A stretch of 64,000 nt of DNA, taken from assembly GCF_037042905.1 (NCBI RefSeq), contig NC_087245.1, forward strand, positions 37,512,001 through 37,576,000, in the 5' to 3' direction. The notes beneath the pieces are model-generated. The model saw only the letters and a program-made list of their open reading frames with translations. It was not told the DNA's origin and did no database searches. A program made the translations under genes and the position numbers. Source of the stretch: Lytechinus pictus. Taxonomy: Eukaryota. Every line of letters starts with the position of its first letter. Within the stretch, counting starts at the first letter, position 1. Shown here piece after piece: positions 23,896 to 37,703 of this stretch.

Positions 23896-24462
23896 TATTA
23901 TACAGATATTGCCTACCTAGAGTTTGAATATAACATTTCCTCTCCCCGACGGAGTTATATTTCTCCCAAGGGATTATATTTTGCCCGAAGCGCGCAGCGC
24001 TGAGGGAAAATATTCTCCCGAGGAAAAATATAGCTTCGGAGGGGAGTTGAATTGTTATTTATTAAAACGATAGACCAGGCAATATCTGTTATATTATATA
24101 GTCTATGTGGATTCGCCATCAGAGATTGCATTCATCATCTGGCTCCAACCCGAAATTCTTGCTACAGCTCTGATCCATCTACGTCATAATAGAAAATATT
24201 TTGAAAATACATCAAGCGCGTTCTTCATGCAATCGACGCATTAACACTAGCGCGTACATCAAACTACCTGATTACGCAACTTGTAAGCAGCGAGTGACGT
24301 CACCTTAGTGAATATAACGCTGCAATTGACAATACAACGCAGTTATATTCCCTGAGGTGACGTCAAAACCTAGAATATAACAAATGCGATCCTCGCAGCT
24401 ATGGTCACGTGATGGCGTATTGACCTATCACTGATTTGAATCTACATAACCTATGTAATATA
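23896..24462. mobile_element. Crypton-like non-autonomous element nested in a degraded Kolobok-type MITE (~23608-24600)
   Basis: ~200-bp terminal hairpin centred on GCCCGAAGCGCGCAGCGCTGAGGG plus a short IR pair, CTATGTGGATTC / GAATCTACATA. Confidence 0.55.
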
Positions 24463-27059
24463 AATCATTATGAACCAATTTAAATTTATGCATTTCACAT
24501 TACATACCATATAGGGGAGGTGCTCTCATATGACATCACAAATCAAAAACTTACCATTCTAATAACTTTCTTACCTTTCCTTGTCTTCAGATAAAGCTGT
24601 ATTTACTTTGGATAAATCTTAGCATTGTTCATTATTCCAACTTTTTTTCCATTGACAGATAAATTGAAAGAACGTGATGTTGTGTGAAAGATGTAGTATA
24701 AAATGTAATATTTATGGTAAAATTTTAAAATCAGAATGTCAAAATTTATAAAGTTAGCTCCCTAATATATTTCACAATATTTTTCTCGTTTGGTATAAAA
24801 CCACCAGGTCTGGGAGTCACAACAAATGAATAGGACAAAGGAAATTCAGGTTGCAATCTCCTTATCTAGTTTTTGTATTTAAATGTCCAAAGGGCCTTTT
24901 AAATAATAATGAAGAAACCAATTAACCGATAAATGCACATTTTCACAAAGAATCAATGTAAAATTGTATAATGTTCACTACACACATTAAGATTGGAATG
25001 TACAATAACCAATAAAAATAATCAACATTTTTTATCAAACTAACTACTGGCTAGACTTGGGCTCCTTATATCCTTTGCAATGTTCTGTGTACTCTCAAGG
25101 CCATTTTTTTAATCCATGGACTAGTATATGTCTGATGAGTAACATAATGTACATAAAGCAATCAATTTTAATAGCACATTAAGTTTGGTATTTTTTTCAA
25201 AAAATAAAAAAATATGATTTCAAACAAATATATTGATAGATATGATCTTGAATACATTTATGCATGACTGACTTAAAAACATTGGAAAAAAATGTGGGAA
25301 AAAATTTCCTATTTACAAAGCTATCTCTTATTCCCTTTTCCTTTCTTGTCACGTAACTAGTGAACTTTAATTTTTCAATATTAAAAAAAAACTTCCAAAG
25401 TTAAATAAAACCATGTAAAGATCAGGGTTAAAAGATGATTAATGAATGATAATAAAACGGTATCGAATTGTAACTGAATTATGTGTCGGTATTTGTTTTT
25501 GTTTTTCTCTATTTTAATTGTTGCATTGAAGAATAAGAAAATAAGAGGTAATTGAATAGTCTTAAAGCTTGATGAAAAAATTGCTTTTAGAATGATCATG
25601 TTATTTCTCCTAATTTTGATGTGAAAATTTTATCTTGGCCTCTATTCTCTATGTCAAACCTGTGTCTATGATTGCTATCTAATTACCCTTTAACTTTGCT
25701 ATTACTGTGGAGCTGTAGGCTAAGGAACTGACTACCTTGAGTGTTATATCTGACTCAGTTTATTCTAACAATCTTACATCTGCTCTGTATTGTCTACTTT
25801 CACAAAGATGCCCTATTTATTGTCTTATCGCAACACATCTTAAGATGTCATATCACGCCCCCTTCCTTCTTTCCAAATTGAAACTTACGATACACATTAC
25901 ATAGTTTCGGTCCGTGCATCTGTGAGTTTGTTTAGACAGTCGTTTACGGAATCACTTTTCTTCATCAATAATGGTAATTATCTTTGTCACAGTTAGGAAG
26001 ATAATGCCGTTTGTCTTTGATAGTGCACAAATTTTATCAAGATGTTCCTTTTTTAATGAATTCCTTTGTGTTTGGGCCAAGTGATCTGATATCGCCATCC
26101 TTTGTTCATTTCACCGTTTTGAATAACTTTCACTTTCATTTAGGAAAAACTCCTCTTTATCATCAATAATCTCATCAATTTCAAATAACAAAAACAATAT
26201 ATAGGCCTACTGATTATTAGATTTGATTAATTATTCTAGAGAGAAATGAGTAGTCATATTAATATTGATAACTTCTAAAGTCTTAACACTATTGGACACC
26301 ATTAACCCACATAGATCTTGATACTGACTGCTTGGCTTATGAAGTTCTTGCAATTCCTATCTGCTCTAAGAGATTGCAATTACTAATATTTAATTAGTAA
26401 CTTATTCAGTAACTTTCATCTTAAGCCCTGGACATGTTATTAACTGTCTTTAAAGCCGTAAAGAGATACTCATCTGTACTGATTGCACAGAAACGTTGTT
26501 AGCACTATCAGAGGCCCTGTTACAACAGGTAATGTGGCAGCGATGCCCAATGTCACAACAATGCACATTGAAATAAATGCTTTTACTTCACGATCCGAAG
26601 GATGTGACTGGGCTTACTATTAGCGCTCTGTTATGCTAACAATGGTTCTGTGCGTCCGGCACTGATTGGTAGAAATCAGTTCAAATTAATTTTTTTTTAA
26701 TTGTCTTTAAAACCATTTTTATCATTCGTTGGTGGCCATCGGGTCATCTAGTGTGTGTGTGGTCGCCTGAAGAATCTTAAATACCAGTGATTACACCTTC
26801 CATCCTGCCTAGACATATCTTGGTCAGTTGGGTACGCCTTAATCCACTCTCACTTTTGATATAGAAACTACAAATAGAAGAATTGATTCTATCATACCAA
26901 GATAAGATCATTACTTGTAATTTACACCAACTTGATGACATTTGATACTCCATCTCTACTCATGAAATTGTAAGAAAAGTTGATGTCTTGTAATTTGATC
27001 CTCGCATTTTTTGTTTTGTTTGGGGCGGTTGATGATATGTTTGTGTATTCAACAAGAGT

Positions 27060-27815
27060 CTGGGCTAGACCCAGATCTCTCTGGTTTACATCGAAACCAA
27101 ACCATCGCAGGATTAATCCTCGTCCCCCAGTGTTCTAGAAAAGACCTGCCAATTTTTCATTCATCTTCCTCTTGTCTCCTTTGATTTGAACAGACAGCTT
27201 GATTTTGTTTACTTCTCTCTTCCTTTTTAACGAAGTTGCTGGTCAGTCATGCTCCAAATCTCAGGCCATGGTGATCCCATGACCAGTAGTGACTGGGCAG
27301 TAGGCTCTGCAAAAATTATTCCAAATTCCCAGCCCTGAAATAGATTTCAAATCTAATCGTACGTCCTATTTTATCTAATACTTGCGTAGGGGGGGGCATA
27401 AGGCAACACTTCTTGTAAAGTGTTACAAAAGGCAGTATCGAGATTCTGGGTTAGGCCTACATGTAGTTCTCTCTACTTTATCGAAACTAAACCATCGTAG
27501 GATTAATCCTCGTCCCCCCGTGCTCTAGAAAAGACGTGCCAATTCTTCATTCATCCTCCTCTTGTCCCCTTCAATTTTTACAGACAGCTTGATTTTGTAT
27601 ACTTCTCTCTCTTTTTTTTTACAAAGTTGCTGGTCAGTCATGCTCCAAATCTTAGGCCATGGTGATCTCATGACTAGTAGTGACTGGACAGTAGGCTTTG
27701 CCAAAAATTATTATAAGCTCCAACCCCAAAATGGATTTCGAATCTAATCATATTTTGTCTTATACTTGCATAAAGGCATAAAGGCACTGCTTCTTTTACA
27801 GTGTTACCAGTGGCA
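27060..27815. repeat. Diverged tandem duplication, 390-bp period
   Basis: TCGAAAC.AAACCATCG.AGGATTAATCCTCGTCCCCC at 27091 and 27481, colinear afterwards. Confidence 0.9.
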
Positions 27816-28367
27816 GCATCATTGATCATTGTGCTGTACATACAGTTCATAGTACACTTAAACTTTGTATGTATTTATGTATTTCTTCATGAAACTTTTG
27901 CTGAAGGAACAGATTTCCTGTAGATGTAGGTCAAATTTCTATTAAAAAAAGAAAATCTTAACAGTCGAATATCACCAAAGGTCGAAGCTGATGATCAAAC
28001 ATCTATAAACAAGAATCTTCAGCAGTGAAGGAGGCAGATTATTCTGAAGCAAAACAAGAAGAAGAAACAAAATAGTTTGAATCCATCAACATGCTTACAA
28101 GAGAAAAAAATGTCATTTGCTTGGTTTATGTATGAATAAAATTTATCATCCAAAATCTGTAGACTAGCTTAGGCAGGGTTATATAGGAGCTCCTTGAGCA
28201 CCTAACAAGGTGGATTTGTGAGCAATATAAATACCCTTTAGGCCTATTATCATTATTTGATATTGAGTTTTAAGGATATTGATATTTCTGTAAATATGTG
28301 TATCTTGATTTATCTTTTGATATGGAAACCTATTATGAAAATTTGTTCTGTCTTTTTTTCATTGCAG

Positions 28368-28417
28368 TAACCAAGCATCAGACAAGAGGCGATTATCTGA
28401 ACCATCTAATGCTAGAG
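28368..28417 (+). CDS. Penultimate coding exon of the unidentified gene (SNQASDKRRLSEPSNAR)
   Basis: Pyrimidine tract plus ttgcag acceptor and gtaaga donor. 50 nt, phase 2-1, joins both neighbouring exons in frame. Confidence 0.72.
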
Positions 28418-28672
28418 GTAAGAAGTGCAACACTCTTTTGAATATTTTCATTTTTATTGATAATAGAAATCTCACTTCGTTGATAACACATAGATGGACT
28501 TCTTTAGTTTCATAGAATGAATACAGAGCGCATTAATTTGCCGTACTTAGTGGGTTGAATTTTTCAACTTTTATTGAATATGGTATTCACGTCAGTGAAA
28601 ATTTATATTTTATATTTTGGGCCTGTTTTTTTTACTAATGTGCAATGGAAGGTTCATTCTGTAACTCAATAG

Positions 28673-29143
28673 TATACAAATAATGAATGTTTATAAGTGC
28701 AATGGACAGAATATTTCATGAGGTGAAAGATGAAATGATCCATTCAACGAGAGATAGCCGAGTTGAATGGATCATTCATTTCATCTTTCTCCGAATGAAG
28801 TATTCTGTCCATTGCACGAATGAAAATAACATTCATTATTTGGTTTATATGACACCTAAAATAGATTCTTTTTCATATGAAATTTGTGAATTTCGATGCA
28901 AAATATGCTTACGCAGTGCAAGCTTGGTCTGTTGATTATCGCGTACATACCACATGCACGCTGCAAGCACGAGTGGTGCCTGTAGTCTGGGTGCGCGCGT
29001 GCAATGGACAAAATAGTATGGATCCAAAATTGCACAATGAATGGATCTAAAATTGCATGGTTGATGACATCATTGTAAAATGAGCTGAATGATCGATATC
29101 GACCAACCAATCAAATGACAAGGATCTATCTAGGTGTCATATA
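28673..29143. mobile_element. Crypton-like non-autonomous element
   Basis: ~170-bp hairpin followed by the IR pair TATATGACACCTA / TAGGTGTCATATA. Confidence 0.55.
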
Positions 29144-30496
29144 ACAATTTATATACATTCCAACTTGTATTTTATATAGATCCCAATAACAATTAACAGG
29201 AACTCTCTTAACACTACCATGGCAATATGTTATTTTTTCACATTCTGTGGTGTACGTTTTTATTCATTTTTTGGAAGGCCTGACATTTAACTACAAAAAT
29301 GATCTATAATTGATTCTTGCAGATAATATGAATACATTAAAATGAAATTAACCATCAATAATGCATCATTAACCATCCTTTGAAACTTTTCTCTACAAGC
29401 TCATAACAGACTCACATTTTTTTTTCAAATCATCTTTATTCTGTACTTACATAGACATGTGTTAAATGATTTGGTTTTCCACAACTCCAATACTAACCAT
29501 CTAGATTTACCTTGTATTTCAAAGGACGCAAGCATCGAGCTGGACCCCAATCTTCAATCCTTACTCTTTAACAAGTAAAAAAATCTCAAAATAAACACAT
29601 GTATATAGAAAGCATGAACATTTTTTATCAATCATTTATTTTATTTTTCATGAAGTTAATTTGTTCTTCAAGCCCTTTTTAATAAAATTTTATTTCATTA
29701 TTTTTGTGTGTTTTCAGATGAAGTTTATTAGCAATTATTGAACTTTTATTTTGCCCTTGCAAGCTGAACCAACAACGTTTTTATACGTATATATTTTTTA
29801 GTATTTTTCACCTCTCTCCATTTCCTTTTCTCTCTTCGTCCCCCCCCCCCCCCCCGTCTCAATTTTCGGCTTTCCCTTTGATTAAATGTGTGTGTATGCG
29901 TTTGTTTGTTTGTTTCTCAAGTTCTTGCAATAATCGTGTTTTATTGTAAGTTATTGTTTGTTTTACATCATTAAGATCATATCTCATTTTATTTGCTGAT
30001 TTTTTTCTCCTTTTTACCTCACATCACCCCCCCCCCCTCTATCTCTAACCAAATTAGTAACATCACATTTCCTTCTGTTTCTTTTGCATCCTCTTTTCTC
30101 TTCTTTTATCATTGTTTTCATTTTCAATGTTTGTTTGGAATGAATATTGTTAATGTATATTGTTATATATGTTCTTTGTATTATGTTTTGTATGTTTGTT
30201 TTTGTTTTTACTGTCACTTCTATTCATACATGTATATATTGAATTTTCCATTAATTATATGGTGTGTGATGGATTGTTATTATTTTTTGGTTCATTCTGT
30301 CATTTGTTATCCATGAACGTTGGTTATTTTTTTCCATTTTGTTCAAGCACTTTTCATTCTCTAATTTTCAAGCCTCTCTGTCCCATCCTAACCAATTCTC
30401 TGTCACTTTACAGATTTCAAAAATATAGATTCTATACCGCTGGAATAAACGGCCGATATAATTTTCATATTTTTGTATTTTCTGCCCAATTTTCAG

Positions 30497-30585
30497 GTGG
30501 AGAGTTACCCTCTATGCGCCCTGTGCCACCGTTCATGGGAAGCACCACATCAGATCGAGGAGTACCACGCCCAAGACATGTCTGA
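30497..30585 (+). CDS. Terminal coding exon of the unidentified gene (GGELPSMRPVPPFMGSTTSDRGVPRPRHV*)
   Basis: tttcag acceptor, phase 1, TGA at 30583-30585, followed by AT-rich 3'UTR-like sequence. Confidence 0.72.
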
Positions 30586-31084
30586 AAGGGTCTCGTCTAT
30601 CGCACTGTCACAGCATGCTCATTTATCGGGTTGTTCACATCGGTGTGAATGATACTCATAAATCTGATGTTCATCACTTTTATTAATTGGATGGTGGACA
30701 TATCACATTTTGAAAGGCCATAACTTTTGCACATCACTTGATGTTATGTAGTTGTTTTTGTAGTGGCAAGATAGAAATTATTGTACTATTAGGGCTTGTA
30801 AGGCTTTAGAGGCAATTTTTTTAAAAGAAGTGTGTTTCAGTCATTTCAGAAAGCCGAAGTATCAAATTTGAGTTTGAGTGCATATGCCTTTCGTTGATTA
30901 TGTCATCAATTAAATATTGGACATTTTTCACGGATATAATTAGATGATAAATTAATGCTCTGTCCCTCCCACAAGATTATCAGTGGTCAATTTATGATCA
31001 TTTGATTGTGTGTCAACCCAATGATAATAATTATTATGATAATTATAATAATAATAATAATGATGAGCCACAAGATCCTCAAAT

Positions 31085-31240
31085 TCTGGCTTTCTTCATG
31101 TTTAAATTCCCCAAAACTCATAGGGAAGGTGAGATTTTGATCCTGCCTGGACCTACCTTGTGGAACTTGCTTCCACAGGGTCTTAAAATTCATACTCTGT
31201 TATTTCATTTCAGGGCAACCTGAACACTTGGTTGTTTCAA
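31085..31240 (+). mobile_element. Degraded L2/CR1-type LINE ORF2 3' fragment
   Basis: Translates to GPTLWNLLPQGLK, similar to the LINE ORF2 C-terminal WNxLP motif. Confidence 0.55.
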
Positions 31241-32978
31241 CATACCTTTGAATGATAGTTTGCTATCTCTCATCCTCCTCTTCCCCCTCCTCTTCCTTCT
31301 CCTCCTTCTCCTCCACCTCCTTCTCCTCTTCCTTCTCCTTCTTTTCTCTCTCTCTCTTTATCCCTCTCCCTCTCACTGTCTTAACATGCCTTGAGAATTT
31401 TTATAGTGGAAATGGCCCCATAGAAATATTATTATTGATTGATTTATGTTATTTGTCAGGTATAATATAACAGGTACAAGTATAATATAAAGTATCAAAA
31501 TGCCACAACAGGATAATATGAAAGCTGACATGGCTTATTTCCAAGGGGGTTCTTAAGCATATTTTATTATTGTTGGTGGTGGTGTTGGTATTGTTGATAT
31601 TACTATATAATTTATAACTAAAGTAATGTGTTTGGTCTTTGTTAATATTCATAGCTTGATAGACATTTTAAAAGGTTTGTGCAGGGTTAGAATAGTCACC
31701 TTGGTACGATTAGAAATTAATATATGCCTTCGCTTGCCACATTAGAAGGCTGAATGATGTTAGCTTACAGTACTAGTGCAATGAATGTTTATTATTGGTA
31801 TTTATTGTAATAATGTAGTATATATTTCATTAATTTTTATTTTGCTCAGTGGGTTTAAGGGAGATGTGAAATTATGAGACATGCTTCTTTACTTTCTTTT
31901 AGGCATTTTTCCAAGGGAATCATGAATTGAATCGTAAGTTAAATAATCTTATGAAACATAAATTTTGTGATTTTAGTGACAGAATTTCTGGACAGATAAA
32001 GTGCATCTGAAAAGATTCTTAGATTTTTGTTAATTTTACAAGAAAAAAATCATCAAAAAGTTGAAAATTGTCTTTTAATCGCCATTTAAAGGTGAGATGG
32101 GTATGACTTTAAATTGAGTTAGAAACATATTTCAAAATGTTTACATCAATGCCTTGTTGTGATAAGTGAATTTGAATAGAAAGTAAATAGTGATGATACA
32201 TTGTATTCATATTTATTCATTTTACATTTTGATTAATTTGATGTCACGAAGAATGTATTCAATCATCAATGTCAAAACATATCTTAGTTTTGGTAAATCC
32301 CCTCAAAGTAAATGTCATTATACAATTTCATTACAAGATTATATTAGTGCTTGTGCCCCAAAACAGTAATGGTCTAAAGGATTTACACCAAAAATATGTT
32401 TTATCGGATAAATTAACTGTTTTACATCAGAATTTGATTTGAAGTTGGGTGCCCGATCAAAATAGAATATCCTTGTGTTTCTGTTATGTTCATATAAAAC
32501 ACCTTCTCAAGCATGGGATGGGCTGAAAAATTCAGGATATAAGCTTTGTCATTAGCTTTCTTATATTCAATTACTTCCTATGTAAAGCAATTAAGTGCTC
32601 AAACTGTTGTTTTAAATAAAAATAAAAACATTACCGAGAAAGGACACTACATTTCTAAAATTAACATCCTAATGGCCGGAAAAAATGCTTCATTTAAATT
32701 CTAATGGGTTAAAAATGCAAAATGCTCAGTGACTACTGAGCTTTTTTAATATTGTAATGTTCAATGATGCTCGAGTATATACTGTATATATCACACTACT
32801 AACCCTTTGCCATAGCTATGGACAGCTATATGAGGACGAATTGTATGTTTGCTATTCATGTGTAGTATTATCATTTTTGTATATCATTATATCAACATTG
32901 ATCTGTTTAAACTGTGTGACACCTGCTTACCACAAAAGTATTCACTCTGTTGACTATCATGTAAAAGTATATTGTAGA

Positions 32979-33135
32979 GTTGTTGTGGCGCAGTGGATAA
33001 ATCTCCATAAGGTCTGGGATTCAAATCCCACCTCAGTACTTAAAATACATATCCTTTGCCACTCTCTCCACCCGGGCAGATTGAACTGGTACCTGGTAGG
33101 AATCCCTTGAATGCTTGATCACCCGATCAGGGTAG
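32979..33135 (+). mobile_element. Degraded tRNA-derived SINE
   Basis: GTGGCGCAGTGG A box, GATTCAAATCC B box and a CTCTCCACCC...TGGTACC core. Confidence 0.6.
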
Positions 33136-33708
33136 CCAAGCTAATCAAGGATTGGGTAATCGTATGCAGTGATTAAAAACACTGTTGCATACCATAATTG
33201 TTTTTTTTTATGTATTTATATATCGATTGAGTAGAAGAAATAACAAGTTGTCTCACGATGTATCAAACGTAGACAACTGGTTATTTCTTCTACTCCATCC
33301 TTCACCACGATGAACCTCTTCCACATCATATTTATATATCATTTGCAAATTGATCATATGGAGTACAGTAACATGTTCAGTATAATTTGTGAAAACATCT
33401 CAGTTCAGTTTGTACAACTTAATATATCTCTATGAAACAACTGTAGAACCAGAAGATAATGTGTGTAGTGATCATGTTAAGAACTATAAAACATTTTCTT
33501 GAAGCCATTGCAACAGATCGGCATGATATAAGACATTATAAAACAAAGTGGATCCTCCTCAAATGTTGGGTTGCATGGTCATGTGACCAGGTATTTAATT
33601 TGTCTATTGCATGGATTCACTTATGACTGGTGATGAGCAGTCATAAGAAAAGTCTTATGACTGAGCATGGTTTTGGGATGGAGGATCTACTATCAAATAA
33701 TCAACCAT

Positions 33709-34145
33709 TTAAAGCGGCATATCCAACCCAAATAAAAACTAGTTTTTAAAGGAAAAAGAACAAGACAAGTTTATAGGCGACAGTTTGAACGATACCGGAC
33801 AAACAATAAGAAAGATGTGAATTTTTAAAAGTTGTGAAAATTGGTAATTGCTTCAAATCAGCCGCATATATGAGGTCATAGTGATGTAATGCAAGGACTT
33901 AGAATTAAAATATTTTCATATAATAAAATACAAAAGAAATAGTGAGTGGATGACGTTATCAGTCTCCTCATTTGCATATCATCCAGGATGTGCATATAAC
34001 CGTTTTGTGAAATTAAGCGGACGTTAAAATGTCATAACTTTCTTATTTTACATCTGATTTTGATGGAATTTTCAATGTTATGCTTGTTGGATTTTTCTCT
34101 TTTTATTAAAATAAACTTTTTTGTTGGGGTGGACTTGTCCTTTAA
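33709..34145. mobile_element. Kolobok/T2-type MITE (chimeric or deleted)
   Basis: Right end GGGGTGGACTTGTCCTTTAA matches the family at 19455; TTAA at both ends. Confidence 0.7.
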
Positions 34146-37100
34146 TCAATGAAATGGGGGGAGGGGTAGGTATTCAAAGGAATGCAATATTGGTCTCAGT
34201 GCTTACTGCAAACCATTCCTGTTTAACATGACTACATGTATTGTTGTATTCAATAAGATTAAATCTTTGCTGCTCCAACTGGAACTGTGTCATTGTTTGA
34301 TTTGGATTTGTGCTTGTTATTATGATTACGGTTTGCTTCAAAGACTAATTTTCACACAATAGATGGAGCCTCTGTCCACTTTCTCTGCATTCTCTCTTTC
34401 TTCTTTCCTTCCTATTTTTTCCCCTCTATTTTAAGACACAAGAAATATTTCTATTGAAAGATACAATACAAACAAGTGGACCACCTCTGGCAGTCTCACC
34501 TTCATTACAAAATTAAATATGATGATAATGGGTTCTTGTAAAGCGCAGATATACGCCACAGCTGGCGCTTGCTAAAAAATAGGAAATATCTCACAAAGTT
34601 TAATGTCTTCAAACAGTGCTTAGGATCATCATTCAGTTCAAGTACTGTCCTAGTAATGCTACAATTGAGTTATTCTTGCGATAATGTTGGAGTGTGGAAC
34701 AGAAAGGTCTTCAGGTAAGGCTCAAAAGTTGATTGGGTCTCTGCTCTCCTGATAAATTGGGGAAGGCTATTCCACAGCTTTGGTCCAGAGATGTAGAAGC
34801 AGTGCTGATTTTCTCTCCTCGCAGTACGTCTTTACACAAACACAAAGCAGAGAAATATTTCCTTTCTTCCTGTGTATTATGATCACTCGGCATTTATTCC
34901 TACAAACCTCACATTTTCATGAAAAAAAACAAGAGTGAGAATAAAAAATAAGGAAAACATACACGGACATGATTGATACTGCATGATACTGCATTCCCCC
35001 ATCCCTTAAACTACACAAATTCAAGGGTGTCACATATATTCTTACAACTTGTCTCAATATTATACAACTCATGTGTCCTGTTGCTTTCAGAGTTTACCAA
35101 CAAAATGGCCACCTTTTCAATTGCAAGATGTTTGTCAAGATTCATTAAAATGAAGATAAAAATCATAGATACATAAAATGATGTTAAGCACATGTGATTG
35201 TTTCTCCGAAAGCTATTTATGTATTACACCATCGAAGGCTTAATCTAACAAAGCTATTTAAATTTTGATTACATCATCAATCTACCACACAAATAATATA
35301 CAATTCGTGAAAACAGGTCCTCGGATTGGACATCTTCATTTCAGACAAGACACTAATGCCATTTTCACAAGCTAACTGAGGATCAAACAGATTGGCTTCA
35401 TCCTTTGAAAAGATTCAGAAATTAAGGTCTCAAAGTAGACTCGGAGTGGCGGAATTGAAAAGCTGATAATACAATTCATTCAAATCATCTGAAAATAGAA
35501 TAGGATAAATAATGGGTAAAAGTTTAGAAATTTGAAGAAAATAGCCACCATTGAAAAAACAATTTGTTACTTTATATATTATATCCATGATAAAAATAAA
35601 ATGCTTTTAAATTCAAAATCGTGAATTATTTAACATAAATGGGTAGAGATGAATGGTCCTTTGAAATTCCAAATCCTTATTCATTTCAGTTTGTTTGTCT
35701 GTAAAAGAAAAAACAAGTCACATTTATTTTAAGAGCACAGTAAAGAGCTAATTGCATTTTGTTAACTGGTGGGAGGGCAAGGTTTCCAAAACGGCAGACC
35801 AAACTGGTTCATTGTTAAAGCAACAAGAACAAAACCACATTATCCATAAATACTAACGCAATGCAGTAAACATGAAAATAGTGTGATTGAAGCGCCCATG
35901 ACAAAATCTATCTTAGAGAAAAGTTAAATCATCTAGATAATTTTTATCAAACATTTTCAATTCAGTGCGACAGAATAAATGTTACAAAGTTAATTTGAGA
36001 GTAGTGAAAATGCCCAATTCATCGATTTTTTGTCGTCTTGTAGGAAATAGTTTCTATTACACTTTCTGGAATGATAGAAATTATGTTGAGACTTCATAAT
36101 ACATGGCTTTCCATAGCTTCATAAATACTAGAAGAGTTACGACCTTTTAACAGTTCTACCAAATTCTTGGAAGACTGTACATATCATTTGTTACAAATAA
36201 AAAATTTATGCTTGTATAATTATAACCGGCTAGGAGATATTATCAATTCACACTCCTAACTAGAACAATACTTCAGGTAGACTATAAATTAGATATCCTA
36301 AAAGACAACAAAATATTAATAGTATACAATAGCAAAGCAAGTTTACAGTTCAGATGCATACAAGGCTATCTTTGAGGTTATAACAGCTTTGATAAGAAAT
36401 TACACAAAATATTATCAAGTTACATCATATTAGGGCACATACTGATAATTCTTGGTCTCTTTCAAAAAGGCTCGTATAAACGTCTCCAGGAAATGTTCTT
36501 CCTTGAATATTTCTCCCTGCGCATCGCTGCATGGTATTCAAGCAGCAAACATGAATAACAAAACGGCATCAGTATTCAATGTATTGTTAAACTAATTGAA
36601 TAAACAATGTTTTAATTGTGTTTTCCATCTCACCTTTCCGTTTTTGTTTTTTTATTTGCTTCCTTAAAGCCACAATAAGAAGGAAATCATACCAAACATT
36701 TTCTACCAGTTACCAAGTTGACTTTTACTCTCAAAAGAACATGACACAATGTAAAGAGTTAACAGAAATTATTTCATAGACTACTTGCCCCCTTCCAGAA
36801 GCAGGCTTCACTTTTCCATAAAAAATCTCTTGCTCATTAATCACAGTTTTAAAGTAAAAGAAATACAATATGTCTGCCACAGCCATCTCTGCCAATCAAA
36901 TTCATTGGGCATCTTTCCTGTGAGAACATTTTTCCATATCCAACACTCTCCAAAGTCGTCTGCCTGACTAGACCTTTCATCTTCCGACAGAAAAATGAAC
37001 CATTGATCTAGCATTCCGTATCCTTTTGATATCCAAATATATATTTCATTTTGTGTGGTTGACATTATAACTATTAACTGATAATTTGAGTCGTCTTAAA

Positions 37101-37640
37101 AAATATGATTCAACACTCATGTTTGTAACCCCTAAATGTTTTCTTTTCTCATTCCTTGAAAGCTTAACGAGGTAAACTCCATTCATCTAAACATACACCT
37201 TCCACATGAAGGCTCAAGAATCGATCCTATTCTCAATCTTTACAATCGTAAAATCAAACCTTTGGAAGTAATCGTTTTGTTCCGAGTTTAAAAATAAGTT
37301 TCAATGCATCCATTCAAGAAAATCACTCTCTATCGCCTCCGTTTGGCGATCGACACTCACACATGCATAAGAAATAAAAGGTGGGCAATTCCACTTTTCG
37401 TACAGATCCTCTGTACAACTTCCTCACAATCTTTGTCTGGCCGACACTATTGGCTTTCACAAAAAAAAAAAAGAATTACAAGATAGGACATTACTTGTAG
37501 GAAGAAAAAATAAAATATAATAAAATTCAAAGAAAGGAGATAGGGGATGTGGGGACTGAAAACTACACCATCGTACCACGATTGAATCGTACGAAGGTCG
37601 TATACGCGTACTATTCTCTAAAAACGGATATGACTTGCTA

Positions 37641-37703
37641 TCATTTCTCTGCTACCAGCGCGGGGGCGTCCTCTTCTTCTGCGGCCTCAGCTTGCTTGGC
37701 AGC
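37641..37703 (-). CDS. PA2G4: PA2G4 coding exon 10 ([20 protein letters not shown])
   Basis: cttccag acceptor, phase 0, TGA stop. Confidence 0.85.
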   Translation of the reverse strand, partial: AAKQAEAAEEEDAPALVAEK

